DNA of 64,000 bases, from positions 9,178 to 73,177 of the forward strand of contig CAVDSY010000003.1 in the NCBI GenBank assembly GCA_963611815.1. Direction: 5' to 3'. Positions 50,344 to 60,345 of the stretch are shown here, piece by piece. How positions within the stretch are numbered: position 1 is the first letter of the stretch; every line of letters begins with the position of its first letter. The notes beneath the pieces were generated by a model that saw only the letters and a program-made list of their open reading frames with translations, searched no databases and was not told where the DNA came from. A program made the position numbers and the translations under genes. The DNA is from a bacterium. GTDB lineage: Bacteria > Bacillota_I > Bacilli_A > RFN20 > CAG-826.

Positions 50344-50922
50344 TTACATCAATCCTAGGGCGTTGTCGTGATCTAGCATTGCGTCCATTTCCTGAATGTC
50401 TTTCTCCTCGGGGACATAGACATAGGGGACTTGGCGATCAAGCTCGCGGTAATCGAGCCCGAAACCGATGAGGAATTTGTTCTCGGTGAGGACTTTGCCC
50501 GCATAATCGACGGTGATGTTCTCTTTGCGCATCGCTTGCTTGTCAAAGAGGGCGCAGAGGATGATGCGCTTTGGCTTGTAATGGGTGTTCAGGTATTGGA
50601 TGAGGAACTTCATGGAGAGGCCGGTGTCGATGACGTCCTCGACGATTACGAGAGTCCTGCCATTAGGGGAGAAGGTGAGATCCTTCACCAAATTGACGGT
50701 GCCTGTGGACTGAGTGCCTTCGTAAGAGGAGGTCTCCACGAAATCGATGTTGATCTTCCTTTTGACGTTTGGAATGAGCGAATAGAAGAAGTTTAAGGCC
50801 CCTTTCATGACGCCGACGAAAAGGGGGATCTTCTCCTCGTGGGCGAGCTCTTGAGTCAGCTGATTGCCTAAACGCGCGCAGGTGGCTTGAATCTCTTCTT
50901 GCGACATCACCAATTCTTTCAT
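50344..50922 (-). CDS. hpt: hypoxanthine phosphoribosyltransferase
   Basis: LVIVEDVIDTGLS PRPP motif; 192 aa. Confidence 0.85.
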   Translation of the reverse strand: MKELVMSQEEIQATCARLGNQLTQELAHEEKIPLFVGVMKGALNFFYSLIPNVKRKINIDFVETSSYEGTQSTGTVNLVKDLTFSPNGRTLVIVEDVIDTGLSMKFLIQYLNTHYKPKRIILCALFDKQAMRKENITVDYAGKVLTENKFLIGFGLDYRELDRQVPYVYVPEEKDIQEMDAMLDHDNALGLM

Positions 50923-51094
50923 GGGTGCTTCCTCCGGTGAGTTGGAACTATATTTGCCTATCGTACCAATTGGCGCTGCCTACGGCAATTGCAAAAAATG
51001 AGGTTCCCGAAAGAAAGCGCTATGATTTCAACTTTGAGGGGATTTCGTATATTCTATATTGAATTAAATAAAGGGCTTTCCCGAAGGAGACAAG

Positions 51095-52228
51095 ATGACA
51101 CTCGACAACATCCGCTTAGGCTTAACGTATGACGATTTGCTTTTGATTCCGCAGAAATCCGAGGTCGTTCCGGCTGAGGTCGAGCTTGGCGCTTGGCTCA
51201 CCAAGAAGATCCATCTCAACGTCCCTATCGTCTCCGCGGCGATGGATACGGTCACTGAGCATGCCCTCGCCACCGCCCTTGCCCGCGTTGGCGGCATCGG
51301 CATGATTCACAAGAACATGTCGATTGAATCCCAAGCCAATGAAGTCGCCTTGGTCAAGGCGGCCGAGGTAGGCGATAACCCCGGCGCCGTCACTGACGAT
51401 AAAGGTCGTTTGCTTTGTGGAGCGGCGGTCGGCGTGGGCGCCAACACGATGGAGCGCGTGGCGGCTTTGCTCAAAGAAGGAGCGGATGTCATTACCGTCG
51501 ATTCGGCTCACGGCCACTCTGCCAATATTCTTCGCGTCGTCAAGCAACTGCGCGATACTTATCCTGAACTTCAGATCGTCGCTGGCAACATCGTCACGAA
51601 AGAAGCCGCCGAAGACCTTATCAAAGCCGGGGCCAACGCAGTCAAAGTCGGCATCGGCCCGGGTTCGATTTGCACCACCCGCGTCGTTTCCGGCGTCGGG
51701 ATGCCTCAAGCCAGCGCCGTCGATGAGGTTGCGACCTATTGCAAAGGCAAAGGGATCTGCGTCATTGCCGACGGCGGGCTTAAGTACTCCGGCGACATCG
51801 TCAAGGCCCTTGCTCTTGGCGCGGACACCGTTATGCTCGGCTCTTTGCTTGCCGGCTGCGAAGAAGCCCCTGGCGAAGTTATAGAAATCAATGGCAAGAA
51901 AGTTAAATCCTACGTCGGCATGGGTTCTTTGGCCGCGATGAAGAGAGGCTCCGCCGATCGTTATTTCCAGAAATCAACGTCCGCTGTTGAGAAGCTTGTC
52001 CCCGAAGGGGTCGAAGCCAGGGTCGCTTGCAGTGGCACCGTCGCTTCGACGATTTATCAGCTTTGCGGCGGGCTTAGAAGCGGCATGGGCTATTGTGGCG
52101 CCAAAGACCTCATGAAGCTTCGCGAGAACGCGCACTTCGTCCAAATCACGAACGCCGGATTGAAGGAATCCCATCCTCACGACGTCAGCATCGCCGTCGC
52201 CGCTCCGAATTACACCCACGGCTGCTAA
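51095..52228 (+). CDS. guaB: IMP dehydrogenase lacking the CBS subdomain pair
   Basis: Has the IHKNMSIE and [11 protein letters not shown] (catalytic Cys) blocks and ends ...[18 protein letters not shown]. Only 377 aa because the ~115-aa CBS insert between IHKN.. and ..GAAVG is absent. Confidence 0.75.
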   Translation: MTLDNIRLGLTYDDLLLIPQKSEVVPAEVELGAWLTKKIHLNVPIVSAAMDTVTEHALATALARVGGIGMIHKNMSIESQANEVALVKAAEVGDNPGAVTDDKGRLLCGAAVGVGANTMERVAALLKEGADVITVDSAHGHSANILRVVKQLRDTYPELQIVAGNIVTKEAAEDLIKAGANAVKVGIGPGSICTTRVVSGVGMPQASAVDEVATYCKGKGICVIADGGLKYSGDIVKALALGADTVMLGSLLAGCEEAPGEVIEINGKKVKSYVGMGSLAAMKRGSADRYFQKSTSAVEKLVPEGVEARVACSGTVASTIYQLCGGLRSGMGYCGAKDLMKLRENAHFVQITNAGLKESHPHDVSIAVAAPNYTHGC

Positions 52229-52229
52229 G

Positions 52230-52865
52230 ATGAAGAAAGTCGTTTTGATCAATGGCTCGAGCCACGAGCATGGCTGCACATACAGAGCGCTTTTGGAAGT
52301 GCAGAACCAATTGAAGGTCAATGGCGTCGAATCGGACATCATCTTCTTGAACAACAAGCCTTTGGCAGACTGCATGGATTGCGGCTTTTGCTACAAAAAC
52401 CATAGATGCGTCATGGACGATCTCGTCAATGAGATCGGAGGGAAGATGGGGAGCGTCTACGGCGGAATCGTCGCCGGGAGCCCTGTTTACTACTCTGGCG
52501 CGACGGGTCGAATCACTTCTTTCCTCGACCGCCTTTTCTACAGCCATGGCCGCGATATGAGAGGACTAGTCGGAGCTTCCGTGGTCTCCTGCAGAAGGGG
52601 AGGCAACTCCGCTACTTTCGAGCGGCTCAATCAGTATTACCTAATCAATGACATCATCGTCCCTGGCTCCCAGTATTGGAACATGATCCATGGCTTCACA
52701 TACGAAGACGCGGATAAGGATCTTGAGGGCCTGCAGACGATGAGGCGCTTAGCCGACAACATCGCTTATGTCCTGAAACTCCAAGAACTCGGCGAGTCCA
52801 ATGGAATCTCTTTCCCCAAAAGAGAAGAAAAGCATCAAACGACCAATTTTATGGATGGGAAATAA
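52230..52865 (+). CDS. NADPH-dependent FMN reductase / iron-sulfur flavoprotein (Isf-like)
   Basis: flavodoxin-like fold with CMDCGFC cluster motif. Confidence 0.6.
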   Translation: MKKVVLINGSSHEHGCTYRALLEVQNQLKVNGVESDIIFLNNKPLADCMDCGFCYKNHRCVMDDLVNEIGGKMGSVYGGIVAGSPVYYSGATGRITSFLDRLFYSHGRDMRGLVGASVVSCRRGGNSATFERLNQYYLINDIIVPGSQYWNMIHGFTYEDADKDLEGLQTMRRLADNIAYVLKLQELGESNGISFPKREEKHQTTNFMDGK

Positions 52866-52939
52866 GCGTCCCCCCATTTTTTCAAATGCGCACGCAGAAT
52901 TTTAAAATTGCGTGCAGAAAGTTTGCGATAGCGCGAATA

Positions 52940-53550
52940 AGAAGCACGATGCTGTGACCAAACATTTAGCACTGTTGAGAAAGTCGCAAAGAAATCGGAT
53001 TTCATTTCTGACGGCTTGAAAACCGCGATATATGCTTTGCAAGCAGGGGTACATCAAACGCGTTATGTGCAGAACTCTATTTTCGACTTGGGAAAACAAC
53101 TTGCCACTTCAACGGAGTAACGCTTCCAGTCTACGACCGCGGACGCACAATCTGCGACTGCTTCAAGTACCGGACGAAACTGGACAGCGAAACATTCAAC
53201 AAGGCCGTTAATGCTTATGCGGCGGACGAACAGAAAAAACCTTTCCAAGTACGCAAAGGAGATGGGTGTTAATAAGAGAATGATGAACGTTATGGAGGTG
53301 CTGCTAAATGGCTGATGTGGCTCCCGCCATGCTTGTGGCTTTTTTGCCAAAAAGAATTTCTGCGCCGCCTGAAAAGCCTAAATACACAGAAAACCTTATT
53401 CTGAAAGGTGGATCATTTCTTTATCCCCTTACGGATTTCGATAGCCGGGTTACAACTGATGTTGATTTTCTGCTCAGAAAGATGCCCAACACGCCAGAAC
53501 GCATTTATTCCAGTTCGATAGTCGCGGGCGGTTTGGAGGTGAAATCGTAA
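52940..53550 (+). pseudogene. decayed AbiEi antitoxin / AbiEii nucleotidyltransferase toxin (type IV TA / abortive infection) remnant
   Basis: frame fragments ...NGVTLPVYDRGRTICDCFKYRTKLD... (AbiEi-like) then NLILKGGSFLYPLTDFDSRVTTDVDFLL (AbiEii N-terminus), truncated by the guaA 3' end. Confidence 0.35.
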
Positions 53551-55040
53551 AGGACGCGGTTCACTCCGTCGACCTCGTTGACGATGCGGTCGGCGATCTT
53601 GGTTATAAGCTCATAAGGGAGTTCGACTGGCTTGGCGGTCATGAAGTCATCGGTCGAGACGGCACGAAGGACGATTGCGTAATCGTAAGTGCGGCTGTCT
53701 CCCATGACTCCGACTGAACGCATATTGGATAAAGCGGCAAAGAATTGCGATGCTTTTTTCTCATAACCGCTGCTTTTCATTTCCTCACGGAAGATCGCGT
53801 CGGCCTCTTGGACGATTTTGATTTTCTCCTCGGTGATCTCGCCGATGATGCGGATGGCTAAACCCGGCCCAGGGAAGGGCTGACGGTAAATGAGGTCCGC
53901 AGGCAGGCCAAGCAAAAGGCCGACTTCCCTGACTTCGTCCTTAAAAAGATCCTTAAGCGGTTCAACGATGCCTTCAAACCCTGTGTCCTTAGGGAGGCCT
54001 CCGACGTTATGGTGGGACTTGATGGTCGCGGAGATTCCCAAGCCTGATTCGATGCGGTCAGGATAGATGGTGCCTTGAGCCAAGAAGTCGCAGTGGGGGA
54101 TGTTTTTTTGCGACTCGTTGAAAACGTCGATGAATGATTTCCCGATTATCTTGCGCTTCCGCTCGGGTTCGGTGACGCCAGCAAGACGTTCCAAGAAAAG
54201 CTTGGAGGCATCGACGGGGATGAAATTGAGATGGTATTTGTCTTTGTCACCGAAGATTGATTTGACTTGGGCTGCTTCGTTTTTGCGGAGCAAGCCGTGG
54301 TCGACGAAGACGCAGGTGAGCTTCTCGCCGATTGCTTTGTCGAGAATCGCCGCGGTGACGGAAGAGTCAACCCCGCCGGAGAGGGCACAAAGGACGCGCT
54401 TGTCCCCGACTTGCTCCCTTATTTCCTTTATCTTGGTTTCGATGAATGATTTTGGCTGCCAAGAGGCGGAGCATTTGCAGATGCTCAAAACGAAGTTCTC
54501 AATGATTTTTTGACCATATTCACTGTGCTCGACTTCGGGATGAAATTGGGTGGCATACAGGGATTTTGCGGGGTTTTCGAACATTGCATTCTCGCAATTA
54601 TCGCTTTTTCCGAGAACCGAAAAGCCTTCTGGAAGCTTGGTGACTTTGTCGTTATGCGACATAAAGACGGAATTGGGGGAAGGAACGCCTTTAGTTAGTT
54701 CACTGTCTTTGCAAAGGGTGATTTCAATGCGGCCGTATTCGGATTTGACGTTGGGCTCGACTTTGCCTCCCAAGGTATAAGCCATGAGCTGGGCGCCATA
54801 GCAAATGCCGAGGATCGGCTTGCCTAGTTCAAAGATTTTGGGATCGATATGAGGGGAGGAGGGGTCGTAGACGCTATTGGGTCCTCCAGTGAAGATGATG
54901 CCTTTGATCTCATCACCCTTCAAATTGTCGATTGAGGTGGTGAAGGGCAATACCTCGGAGTAGACGCGGCATTGGCGCACGCGCCTTGCGATCAGCTGGT
55001 TGTACTGCCCGCCAAAGTCTAGAACGACGATCTTTTCCAT
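53505..55040 (-). CDS. guaA: GMP synthase (glutamine-hydrolysing)
   Basis: GATase GICYGAQL; ATP-PPase SGGVDSSV; C-terminal dimerisation domain ending ...PPATIELE. Confidence 0.9.
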   Translation of the reverse strand: MEKIVVLDFGGQYNQLIARRVRQCRVYSEVLPFTTSIDNLKGDEIKGIIFTGGPNSVYDPSSPHIDPKIFELGKPILGICYGAQLMAYTLGGKVEPNVKSEYGRIEITLCKDSELTKGVPSPNSVFMSHNDKVTKLPEGFSVLGKSDNCENAMFENPAKSLYATQFHPEVEHSEYGQKIIENFVLSICKCSASWQPKSFIETKIKEIREQVGDKRVLCALSGGVDSSVTAAILDKAIGEKLTCVFVDHGLLRKNEAAQVKSIFGDKDKYHLNFIPVDASKLFLERLAGVTEPERKRKIIGKSFIDVFNESQKNIPHCDFLAQGTIYPDRIESGLGISATIKSHHNVGGLPKDTGFEGIVEPLKDLFKDEVREVGLLLGLPADLIYRQPFPGPGLAIRIIGEITEEKIKIVQEADAIFREEMKSSGYEKKASQFFAALSNMRSVGVMGDSRTYDYAIVLRAVSTDDFMTAKPVELPYELITKIADRIVNEVDGVNRVLYDFTSKPPATIELE

Positions 55041-55231
55041 AATGTTTCCCTTTGTTTGTGAAATTGTGGTTCATTTTCGCTCCCATTGGTAGAGCGAAAA
55101 CGCTTACTTTGGGAATTCTTTGAGGCTAAAGACGTCATTTGGATCTTTTTCGCGTCTCTCGGCCTTTCTTTCACCTTCATTTCTCGTTTTGCTTAAAGAA
55201 AACTCCTCCCTTGGATGGTAGGATTGTTCCT

Positions 55232-56554
55232 ATGGAACAGGGCAACCTTTTTAGCAAAGACGTCAAAGAGCCTCTCGCCGCGAGGCTCCGTCCGCAGGAT
55301 CTGAACGAATTCGTTGGGCAGGAGCACCTTTTGGGCGAGGGCAAAGTCCTGCGAAAGCTGATAGAGAACGATCAGGTCTCCTCTTTGATCTTTTGGGGGC
55401 CGCCGGGGGTGGGCAAAACAACCCTCGCCCAGATAATTGCCCATCGAACCAAAGCGACTTTCATCAATTTCTCCGCCGTCACTTCAGGCATCAAAGAGAT
55501 CAAAGAAGTAATGGAACAGGCCGAGAAGAATAGACAATATGGCGAAAAGACAATTCTATTCGTCGACGAAATCCATCGGTTCAACAAAGCGCAGCAAGAC
55601 GCTTTTTTGCCTTATGTGGAGAAAGGCTCGATCATCCTGATCGGAGCGACGACCGAGAACCCTTCTTTTGAGGTCAACTCCGCTCTTCTCTCGCGCTGCA
55701 AAGTCTTCGTTTTAAAGGCCCTTGAGACAGATGACCTCGTCAAATTGATGAGGAACGCTTTGTCGTCACCCAAAGGCTTTGGCGACCAAAATATCCAAAT
55801 CAGCGATGACAATCTTGCTCTCATCGCGAATTTCGCAAATGGCGACGCGAGAAAAGCCCTCTCGACTTTGGAAATGGTCATTTTAAACGGCGATGCTAGG
55901 GCTGACGGCTCGGTCGAGGTGAGCGAGGATGACATAGTTCAATGCACCGCCAAAAAGTCTTTGCTCTACGACAAAAAAGGCGAGGAACATTACAATCTCA
56001 TCTCCGCCTTGCATAAATCGATGAGGAACAGCGATCCTGACGCCGCCATATATTGGCTGGCGAGGATGCTTGAAGCGGGGGAGGATCCGCTATATATCGC
56101 CAGAAGAGTCATTCGCTTCGCTTCGGAAGACGTCGGCATGGCGGATCCACGTGCTCTAGAAATCGCCGTTGCCGCCTACCAAGCTTGCCATTTCATCGGG
56201 GTTCCTGAATGCAACGTCAATCTTACTGAAGCGGTGGTCTACATGAGCCTTGCTCCGAAATCCAATTCGATGGAAGTGGCCTATGACGCGGCCGCCTTGG
56301 ACGCCGAGAAGACCTTCGCGGAGCCAGTTCCTCTCGATATCCGGAATGCCCCGACCAAGCTGATGAAGGAGCTTGGCTACAACAAAGGCTACCAATATGC
56401 TCAAGATGCTCCAGAGAAGCTGACTAATGAGGTCTGCTTGCCGTCGAAACTCGCTGGCAAGGAATATTACCGGCCTAGCACGCAGGGTTTGGAAGCAAAG
56501 TGCAAAGCGCGCCTAGACCAAATCAAACAATGGAAAGCGGAACACCGGAAATGA
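55232..56554 (+). CDS. rarA: replication-associated recombination protein A (RarA/MgsA AAA+ ATPase)
   Basis: GPPGVGKTTLA Walker A; DEIHRFNK; MgsA C-terminal blocks. Confidence 0.8.
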   Translation: MEQGNLFSKDVKEPLAARLRPQDLNEFVGQEHLLGEGKVLRKLIENDQVSSLIFWGPPGVGKTTLAQIIAHRTKATFINFSAVTSGIKEIKEVMEQAEKNRQYGEKTILFVDEIHRFNKAQQDAFLPYVEKGSIILIGATTENPSFEVNSALLSRCKVFVLKALETDDLVKLMRNALSSPKGFGDQNIQISDDNLALIANFANGDARKALSTLEMVILNGDARADGSVEVSEDDIVQCTAKKSLLYDKKGEEHYNLISALHKSMRNSDPDAAIYWLARMLEAGEDPLYIARRVIRFASEDVGMADPRALEIAVAAYQACHFIGVPECNVNLTEAVVYMSLAPKSNSMEVAYDAAALDAEKTFAEPVPLDIRNAPTKLMKELGYNKGYQYAQDAPEKLTNEVCLPSKLAGKEYYRPSTQGLEAKCKARLDQIKQWKAEHRK

Positions 56555-56589
56555 GCTTAAGTGCTAAAATTTAACGAGCGAGAACGATT

Positions 56590-57744
56590 ATGGAAGAAGA
56601 AAAGAAAATCCCCCAGGTTATGCTTACTGGCGACCGTCCGACTGGTCGTCTTCACATTGGGCATTATGTGGGTTCATTGAGAAGAAGGGTCGAACTGCAG
56701 AACAAAGGTGGGTTCGACGAGATGTATGTGATGATTGCCGACACTCAGGCCCTCACCGACAATGCCGGGAATCCCCAAAAGGTGCGCGACAACGTTATCG
56801 AGGTCGCTTTGGATTATCTGGCGGCGGGCATCGATCCCAACAAGGTCACCATTTTTGTTCAATCGCGAGTCCCTGAGCTTTTTGAGTTCACCTCTTATTT
56901 CCTCGACCTTGTCACCTATTCGCGCCTTGTGAGAAATCCAACTGTTAAAAATGAGCTTGCCATGCGCAAGTTCGGAGACTCAATCCCCGTCGGTTTCATG
57001 ACTTATCCCATCTCTCAAGCCGCGGACATATTGATGTTTGGGACGACTATCGTCCCCGTCGGCGAAGATCAGGAGCCGATGATTGAGCAAGCCAATGAGA
57101 TTGGCAGGAAATTCAACTCGATTTATGGGAATGTTTTCCAAGAAGCCAAGATCATGCTTCCGGACAACGATGCCTCGCGTCGCCTTCCCGGAACGGATGG
57201 CAAAGCCAAAATGAGCAAGTCACTCGGCAATTGCATCTATCTTTCAGACGATGCGAAAACGGTGGAAAAGCAGGTTATGTCTATGTTTACCGATCCAACT
57301 CATTTGCAGGTGAACGATCCTGGGCACACCGAGGGCAATCCGGTCTTCACTTATTTGGATGCCTTTGCAAAAGACGAGCATTTTGCGGAGTTTTTACCTC
57401 AATACAAGAATTTGGAAGAACTTAAGGACCACTATAGAAAGGGCGGGCTTGGCGATGTTACGGTCAAGCGTTTCCTCGTTAACGTGATCAATGGCACTCT
57501 TGAGCCGATGAGGCAAAAAAGGCATGAGCTTGAGAAGGATATCCCCGGCGTATATAAGATTCTTGAAGAAGGATCGAAGAGAGCGGAGGCCAAAGCGAGT
57601 TACATCGCTATGCGCGCGAGGAGAGCCATGGGCATCAATTATTTCGAAAATCAAAAGCTCATCGAGAAACAGCAAAAAGCCTATAACAGGCTGCATGAGC
57701 AGCAAAAAGCGTTGGCTGAGTATCAGGCAAAATCCAAAAAGTGA
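56590..57744 (+). CDS. trpS: tryptophan--tRNA ligase
   Basis: TGRLHIGH (HIGH) and KMSKS motifs. Confidence 0.85.
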   Translation: MEEEKKIPQVMLTGDRPTGRLHIGHYVGSLRRRVELQNKGGFDEMYVMIADTQALTDNAGNPQKVRDNVIEVALDYLAAGIDPNKVTIFVQSRVPELFEFTSYFLDLVTYSRLVRNPTVKNELAMRKFGDSIPVGFMTYPISQAADILMFGTTIVPVGEDQEPMIEQANEIGRKFNSIYGNVFQEAKIMLPDNDASRRLPGTDGKAKMSKSLGNCIYLSDDAKTVEKQVMSMFTDPTHLQVNDPGHTEGNPVFTYLDAFAKDEHFAEFLPQYKNLEELKDHYRKGGLGDVTVKRFLVNVINGTLEPMRQKRHELEKDIPGVYKILEEGSKRAEAKASYIAMRARRAMGINYFENQKLIEKQQKAYNRLHEQQKALAEYQAKSKK

Positions 57745-57747
57745 ATC

Positions 57748-57770
57748 AGGGGGCTTCTCCCCCTTTTTCT
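57748..57770 (+). terminator. rho-independent terminator after trpS (aggggg-cttct-ccccct + T5)
   Basis: GC stem plus T-run. Confidence 0.6.
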
Positions 57771-57811
57771 TACCCGTGCTATCATTCTAGCGCTGAGCCA
57801 TCAGCGAGCTT

Positions 57812-57902
57812 TCTAGAGTAGAGAAGTCGCGTTAAGTGCCTGAGGATGGGAGGTCGCCTCTGGACGAAGGAGCAATCCGCGGTGCCTTCTCGCTGCCGCT
57901 AT
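57812..57902 (+). promoter_or_regulatory. THF (tetrahydrofolate) riboswitch upstream of an ECF transporter S-component gene
   Basis: AGAGUAG...CGCGUUAAGUG...AUGGGAGGUCG...ACGAAGGAG...CGCGGUG...GCUGCCGCU matches the conserved blocks of the Eubacterium siraeum THF aptamer almost position for position. Confidence 0.6.
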
Positions 57903-57939
57903 AAAAAGCTTACCTCCCTGCCGTGGAAGGAATTTTGGC

Positions 57940-58506
57940 ATGGGGAAAAGAGATTCTTTGATTCGCCGCATGTGCGCTGACGGGATGCTTGTCGGCCTTT
58001 TTGTGGTCCTGACGCTAGTAAACGTCAAAATCGGTCCGATGGTGAGAATCAGCTTCGGCTCTTTGCCGGTGGTTTTCTCCGCTCTTCTCTTTGGACCAGT
58101 CGATGGCCTAATAGTTGCCGTGCTTGGCGAGTTCATCTGTCAAACGATTAATTACGGCTTCTCACTGACTACTCCTTTATGGATTCTGGTCCCGGGAATA
58201 AGGGCTTTGGTCATCGGTTTTGTTTCATCTCTTTTCAAAAAGAAAGGGATGGCCCTTGAAAGACATCCGCTTCCTTATTTCGCGACATTGGTCATCGCCG
58301 CTCTTTGTGTTACCGCGCTCAATACCCTTGTCTCTTTCTTGGACGCTTTGATCTTCGATTACTCATTCACCATCGTTTGGCTGACGACGCTTATCCGCCT
58401 TGGCATAAGCATAGCCACCTCGATTGCCATCGGCCTAGTTTGCATTCCCCTAACAAAATCAATCGGTTCATTGGTTTTCCCGGGTAGTAAAGACAAATAT
58501 CATTAA
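57940..58506 (+). CDS. folT: ECF transporter S component (folate-family, FolT-like)
   Basis: 188 aa, 5-6 TM; follows a THF riboswitch. Confidence 0.55.
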   Translation: MGKRDSLIRRMCADGMLVGLFVVLTLVNVKIGPMVRISFGSLPVVFSALLFGPVDGLIVAVLGEFICQTINYGFSLTTPLWILVPGIRALVIGFVSSLFKKKGMALERHPLPYFATLVIAALCVTALNTLVSFLDALIFDYSFTIVWLTTLIRLGISIATSIAIGLVCIPLTKSIGSLVFPGSKDKYH

Positions 58507-59075
58507 TCTGAGAAATCCGCTTCTTTCGTTTTGAAATCTTTGAGTTTTGCGGCGAAATCATCCTTAGAAAGGCGAAAGCAAACGACGTCTATCGTTGTGT
58601 TTTTCTTGGCGATCGCCACGCCTTTCTTTTCTTCCGTTTTGCGGAACCCCAAGGCCCCCAGCAGATGATGCGACCTTAGGTTCCTCGCATCGCTTTCCGC
58701 GTACCCATAGTCATATTCGCCGGAGGAGAATAGATATTCGATTGCTTTGAAGGATGCCTCTTTCACGTAGCCTTTTCCCCATGAACTCCTTTTGGAAGTG
58801 ATGCCGAATTCGAACCCTTTGTCTTCCAAGTCTTTGATAACCTGGACTTCCCCGATTACTTCCCCTTCCCTAACGATGGCCCATGAATAGTTTCTTTTGT
58901 TCCTTATCCATTTCCTGAGAATTGCTTTCGTCGTCTCTAAATCGCGGTTTGGATACCACCAAAGAAATTCGGTGACCTCCCAAGAGCCGGTCCATTCATA
59001 GACGTCTTCTGCATCTTCTATCCCAAACTCCCGCAAAGTAAGACGATTCGTTGACAGTGTGGGCGTTTCTTTCAT
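58503..59075 (-). CDS. GNAT family N-acetyltransferase (RimJ/RimL-like)
   Basis: LTLREF...acetyl-CoA binding blocks. Confidence 0.6.
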   Translation of the reverse strand: MKETPTLSTNRLTLREFGIEDAEDVYEWTGSWEVTEFLWWYPNRDLETTKAILRKWIRNKRNYSWAIVREGEVIGEVQVIKDLEDKGFEFGITSKRSSWGKGYVKEASFKAIEYLFSSGEYDYGYAESDARNLRSHHLLGALGFRKTEEKKGVAIAKKNTTIDVVCFRLSKDDFAAKLKDFKTKEADFSD

Positions 59076-59124
59076 AGCAATCCAAAACCAAGCATTTATA
59101 ATTTTAGGTACTTTGGAGTCTCTT

Positions 59125-60345
59125 ATGAACACGAAAGAACTCGCTTCCTATTGCTTAAGCTGCCCTAAGCCTCGCTGTCAGAGCGCCTGTCCTAGCGGAA
59201 ATCTGATCCGTGATTGGATCGCCTGTTGCAAAAGAGAGGACTATCAGACGGCATCGAGGATACTTCACGACGTCAATCCCTTCCCTGAGCTAACTTCTTT
59301 GCTCTGCGACCATAAAAGGCAATGCCAAGGGAATTGCGTAAGGGCAATCAAAGGCGAAGCGGTGGCCATTCCGCAGATCGAATACGAGCTTTCGAAAATT
59401 GGCGGAAGGGATTTGAACAAAGGAAAGCCAAATGGCGAAACCGTCGCTTTGGTTGGCGCGGGCATCGCTAATCTTTCCGCGGCTTATTTCTTGCTTAAAG
59501 CCGGTTTTGAGGTGGAATTCTTCGAAAAAGAGAACTTTATCGGTGGGGCTATCCGCACTGGAATACCTGATTTCCGGTTCGACAAAAGCCCCTTGGACAA
59601 GATTTATGACGACTTGGCTAGGATGGGGGCGACATTCCATTTCAATGCGTCCATCGATACTAATGCGTCTTTGGGAGACCTCCAACAAAGGTTCGATTAT
59701 GTGATTCTTGGAATAGGGGCTAGCAAGAATAATTCCGTTGGATTTGAAGCCAGAAGCGGACTCGTCTCCGGCTTAGATATCCTTCGCGAAATAAATATTG
59801 GAGAAGGGAAAAGGAAATACTCCAAATACAAATCGTCATTGGTGTGGGGCGGAGGAAACGTCGCGCTTGATTGCGCCCGCAGCCTCATTCGCCTCGGCGG
59901 CAAGGTGACGATCGTCTACCGTCGTTCCTTGAAAGAAATGCCGGCAAGCGAGGTTGAGATTCAAGAAGCCATAAAAGAAGGGATAAATGTCTCTTTCCTC
60001 ACGAATGTTAAAGATCTCATTAAAAACGATAAGGAAGAGGTCACTGGCGTCAAGCTCGTCAAAATGGAACTTGGCGAGGCCGATTCTTCAGGCAGGGCCT
60101 CTTGCCACGAGATTCCGGGCTCGGAATATCTTCTCAACTGCGATTTGCTGGTTTCCGCGATTGGGCAGAAAGTCGATTTCACCAAACTTGCCGCTGATTT
60201 AATGCTCGAAAATGGGCACCATACCTCATACAAAGACGTATACGCGACTGGGGATTGCTTCCTCGGCGCGAAAAACATTGCCTCCTGCATTGCCGATGGA
60301 AGGGAATGCGCGAAAGAGATTATTTTGCTTTCTCAGAGCCGCTGA
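59125..60345 (+). CDS. GltD-family NAD(P)-dependent oxidoreductase (glutamate synthase small-subunit-like, Fe-S + FAD/NAD)
   Basis: N-terminal CxxC...C cluster; VALVGAGIANLSAAYFL dinucleotide fold; ATGDC. Confidence 0.6.
   Translation: MNTKELASYCLSCPKPRCQSACPSGNLIRDWIACCKREDYQTASRILHDVNPFPELTSLLCDHKRQCQGNCVRAIKGEAVAIPQIEYELSKIGGRDLNKGKPNGETVALVGAGIANLSAAYFLLKAGFEVEFFEKENFIGGAIRTGIPDFRFDKSPLDKIYDDLARMGATFHFNASIDTNASLGDLQQRFDYVILGIGASKNNSVGFEARSGLVSGLDILREINIGEGKRKYSKYKSSLVWGGGNVALDCARSLIRLGGKVTIVYRRSLKEMPASEVEIQEAIKEGINVSFLTNVKDLIKNDKEEVTGVKLVKMELGEADSSGRASCHEIPGSEYLLNCDLLVSAIGQKVDFTKLAADLMLENGHHTSYKDVYATGDCFLGAKNIASCIADGRECAKEIILLSQSR

Noticed and set aside
56555-56589. T-box leader upstream of trpS
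   Set aside because: Only 35 nt separate the rarA stop and trpS start, with no T-box sequence AGGGUGGNACCGCG. trpS is probably co-transcribed with rarA.
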